Below are positions 18,505 to 20,000 of a stretch of DNA of 20,000 nt, in pieces. Source of the DNA: Stramenopiles sp. TOSAG23-3 (lineage: Eukaryota); contig LT642152.1 in assembly GCA_900128585.1 (NCBI GenBank), positions 44,245 through 64,244 on the forward strand. Reading direction: 5' to 3'. Both the position numbers and the translations under genes were made by a program. Below the pieces are notes generated by a model. It ran no database searches. It saw nothing but the letters and a program-made list of their open reading frames with translations, and had not been told where the DNA came from. The stretch's first letter is position 1; each line of letters starts with the position of its first letter.

Positions 18505-18815
18505 ACTCTATAGTCTAATATATCGATGGATGATCGAGAGAAAGAAGAAGAAGAAAATTAAAAAAAAATAATACAGTAATAATAATTTTTTTATTTAATA
18601 TTTTTGATTATTGATTGAACGAATGTGAATGAAGAAGAAGTTAAAATATTCGTATTACCAAGTACTACTATATGATTGCCATATATTAAGTGCTGACAAG
18701 ATTTTAAATTCTTTTAATGGGTAATCTTGGCGTCATTGTACACTAAAAATATTGCCTATTTTGTTTAAAACTCCGATCTACATCTATATTGAATATAGCT
18801 ATACCGCAACTCGGG

Positions 18816-20000
18816 ATGGAATTTTTTGCTTTGGACAAGATTGACTATGACAAAATTGACTACCGTTACATTGTTGTCGTGATTATGGCAACCTTTTACG
18901 TGCTGGAGCAATATTTGCGCTACCGAAAACGTTCGGCGTTGCTTAAAGGTTTTCCTAAGGGAATGGAAGGCCTTGTCACGGAGGAGGAATACAAAAAGTC
19001 GTACGACTACAATCTGTACAAAAACTCCTGGGGATATGCCCTTGATTTGCACGCTACCGTCTACGCCGTGGTGAGCATGTATTACTGGGGCGCGCTTTGG
19101 AACTTTTCTGCCCCGCAGCAACATTATGCCCATGCCGCGCTGGCGGACAAAGTCCTTGGAAACTCGTACGCCCAGATTTGCATGTTTTTGGTGTACTCCT
19201 CGCTTGTGGAGTTTGTTGTGGGGTTGCCGAAGTCTTTGGTCATTACGTTTCACATCGAAGAAATATTCGGATTCAACAAGTACACCTTAAAATCCTACAC
19301 GAAAGAAACGATCATGAAATTCTTTGAGGGTTTACTAATCAATTTACCATTGATGTTTGGCATGGTATACATTGTTGACATCATGGGACCAGATGCTTGG
19401 TTTTACTTGTGGCTATTCTTGTCGGCGTTTGTCTTTGCATTCAACACGCTGTACCCAATAGTTTGCGCCAGGATGTACAACTCTTACACCGAGCTAGAGC
19501 CTGGAAAACTGAAAGATGGGATCGACAATTTGATCACGGAGACGGGCCTGAATTGCAAAAATGTGTTTATGGTCGATGGGTCGAAACAATCGTCGCACAG
19601 TAACGCATACGTAAATGGTATGTGCATGACGAAACGCATTGTTATTTACGATACTTTGTTAAAGGATCTGAACCACGATTGCGAAAAGACACTTGCGGTG
19701 GTTGGGCATGAAATTGGTCACAGTATCCTTCATCATAACTGGGCGCTGTTGCTTGTGACCATGGGAAACCTATTCGTCCTGTTCTTCAGTTATGGCGTCT
19801 TTCAGTCTACCCCATCGATTGTCACGAGCTTTGGATTTTCTGAAAACGAGACCGGCAATGCATTCCTAAAGATTCAGTGCTTTATGGCAGTATACGGTAT
19901 GGCGGTCATGCCGATATGGAGCATCTTGATGAATGCTTTTGTGCGCCAGCTGGAGTTTGCTGCAGACCGCTACGCAGTTCGTCTTGGGCATGATATATCC
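18816..20000 (+). CDS. STE24: CAAX prenyl protease 1 (peptidase M48A), 3'-partial
   Basis: Manual translation from ATG 18816 (MEFFALDKIDY...) is open to the window end. Motifs: TFHIEEIFGFNK, VDGSKQSSHSNAY, KRIVIYDTLL, zinc site HEIGH (19707-19721), RQLEFAADRYA. Absent from the track because there is no stop in the window. Confidence 0.95.
   Translation, partial: MEFFALDKIDYDKIDYRYIVVVIMATFYVLEQYLRYRKRSALLKGFPKGMEGLVTEEEYKKSYDYNLYKNSWGYALDLHATVYAVVSMYYWGALWNFSAPQQHYAHAALADKVLGNSYAQICMFLVYSSLVEFVVGLPKSLVITFHIEEIFGFNKYTLKSYTKETIMKFFEGLLINLPLMFGMVYIVDIMGPDAWFYLWLFLSAFVFAFNTLYPIVCARMYNSYTELEPGKLKDGIDNLITETGLNCKNVFMVDGSKQSSHSNAYVNGMCMTKRIVIYDTLLKDLNHDCEKTLAVVGHEIGHSILHHNWALLLVTMGNLFVLFFSYGVFQSTPSIVTSFGFSENETGNAFLKIQCFMAVYGMAVMPIWSILMNAFVRQLEFAADRYAVRLGHDIS

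Noticed and set aside
18717-18746. Upstream in-frame ATG for STE24
   Set aside because: Closed by TAA at 18744 after nine codons. At most a short uORF; no convincing intron links it to the main frame.
18765-19603. Track ORFs of 162, 76 and 68 aa
   Set aside because: They overlap the STE24 frame, which has clear family motifs.
2294-20000. Idea that the genes form a functional (operon-like) membrane or lipid cluster
   Set aside because: Mixed orientations and unrelated functions; nothing in the sequence supports co-regulation beyond the shared short element already reported.

Overview
Compact, gene-dense eukaryotic DNA. Coding blocks of roughly balanced GC alternate with very AT-rich, microsatellite-rich spacers, and only one clear spliceosomal intron was found. 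A protist, possibly a stramenopile, is my guess from style alone. Ten protein genes are supported: (1) a 5'-truncated Lys/Cys-rich protein with an FN2/kringle-like module and RRLL/RKLL motifs; (2) phosphatidate cytidylyltransferase; (3) a single-ORF Ser/Thr kinase + adenosine deaminase fusion; (4) a PAQR/hemolysin-III membrane protein; (5) a two-repeat c-Myb-type factor; (6) a signal-peptide DnaJ protein; (7) a small, probably mitochondrial protein; (8) an unknown protein with 31 consecutive 4-residue repeats followed by a CxxC-x6-CxxC/Tyr-rich cap; (9) a two-exon ependymin-like secreted protein; (10) a 3'-truncated STE24 protease absent from the ORF track. The best novelty candidates are the kinase-deaminase fusion, the tetrad-repeat/Tyr-Cys protein, and a ~27-bp non-coding element found four times in the same orientation. 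No tRNA, rRNA, CRISPR array or transposase was recognised.
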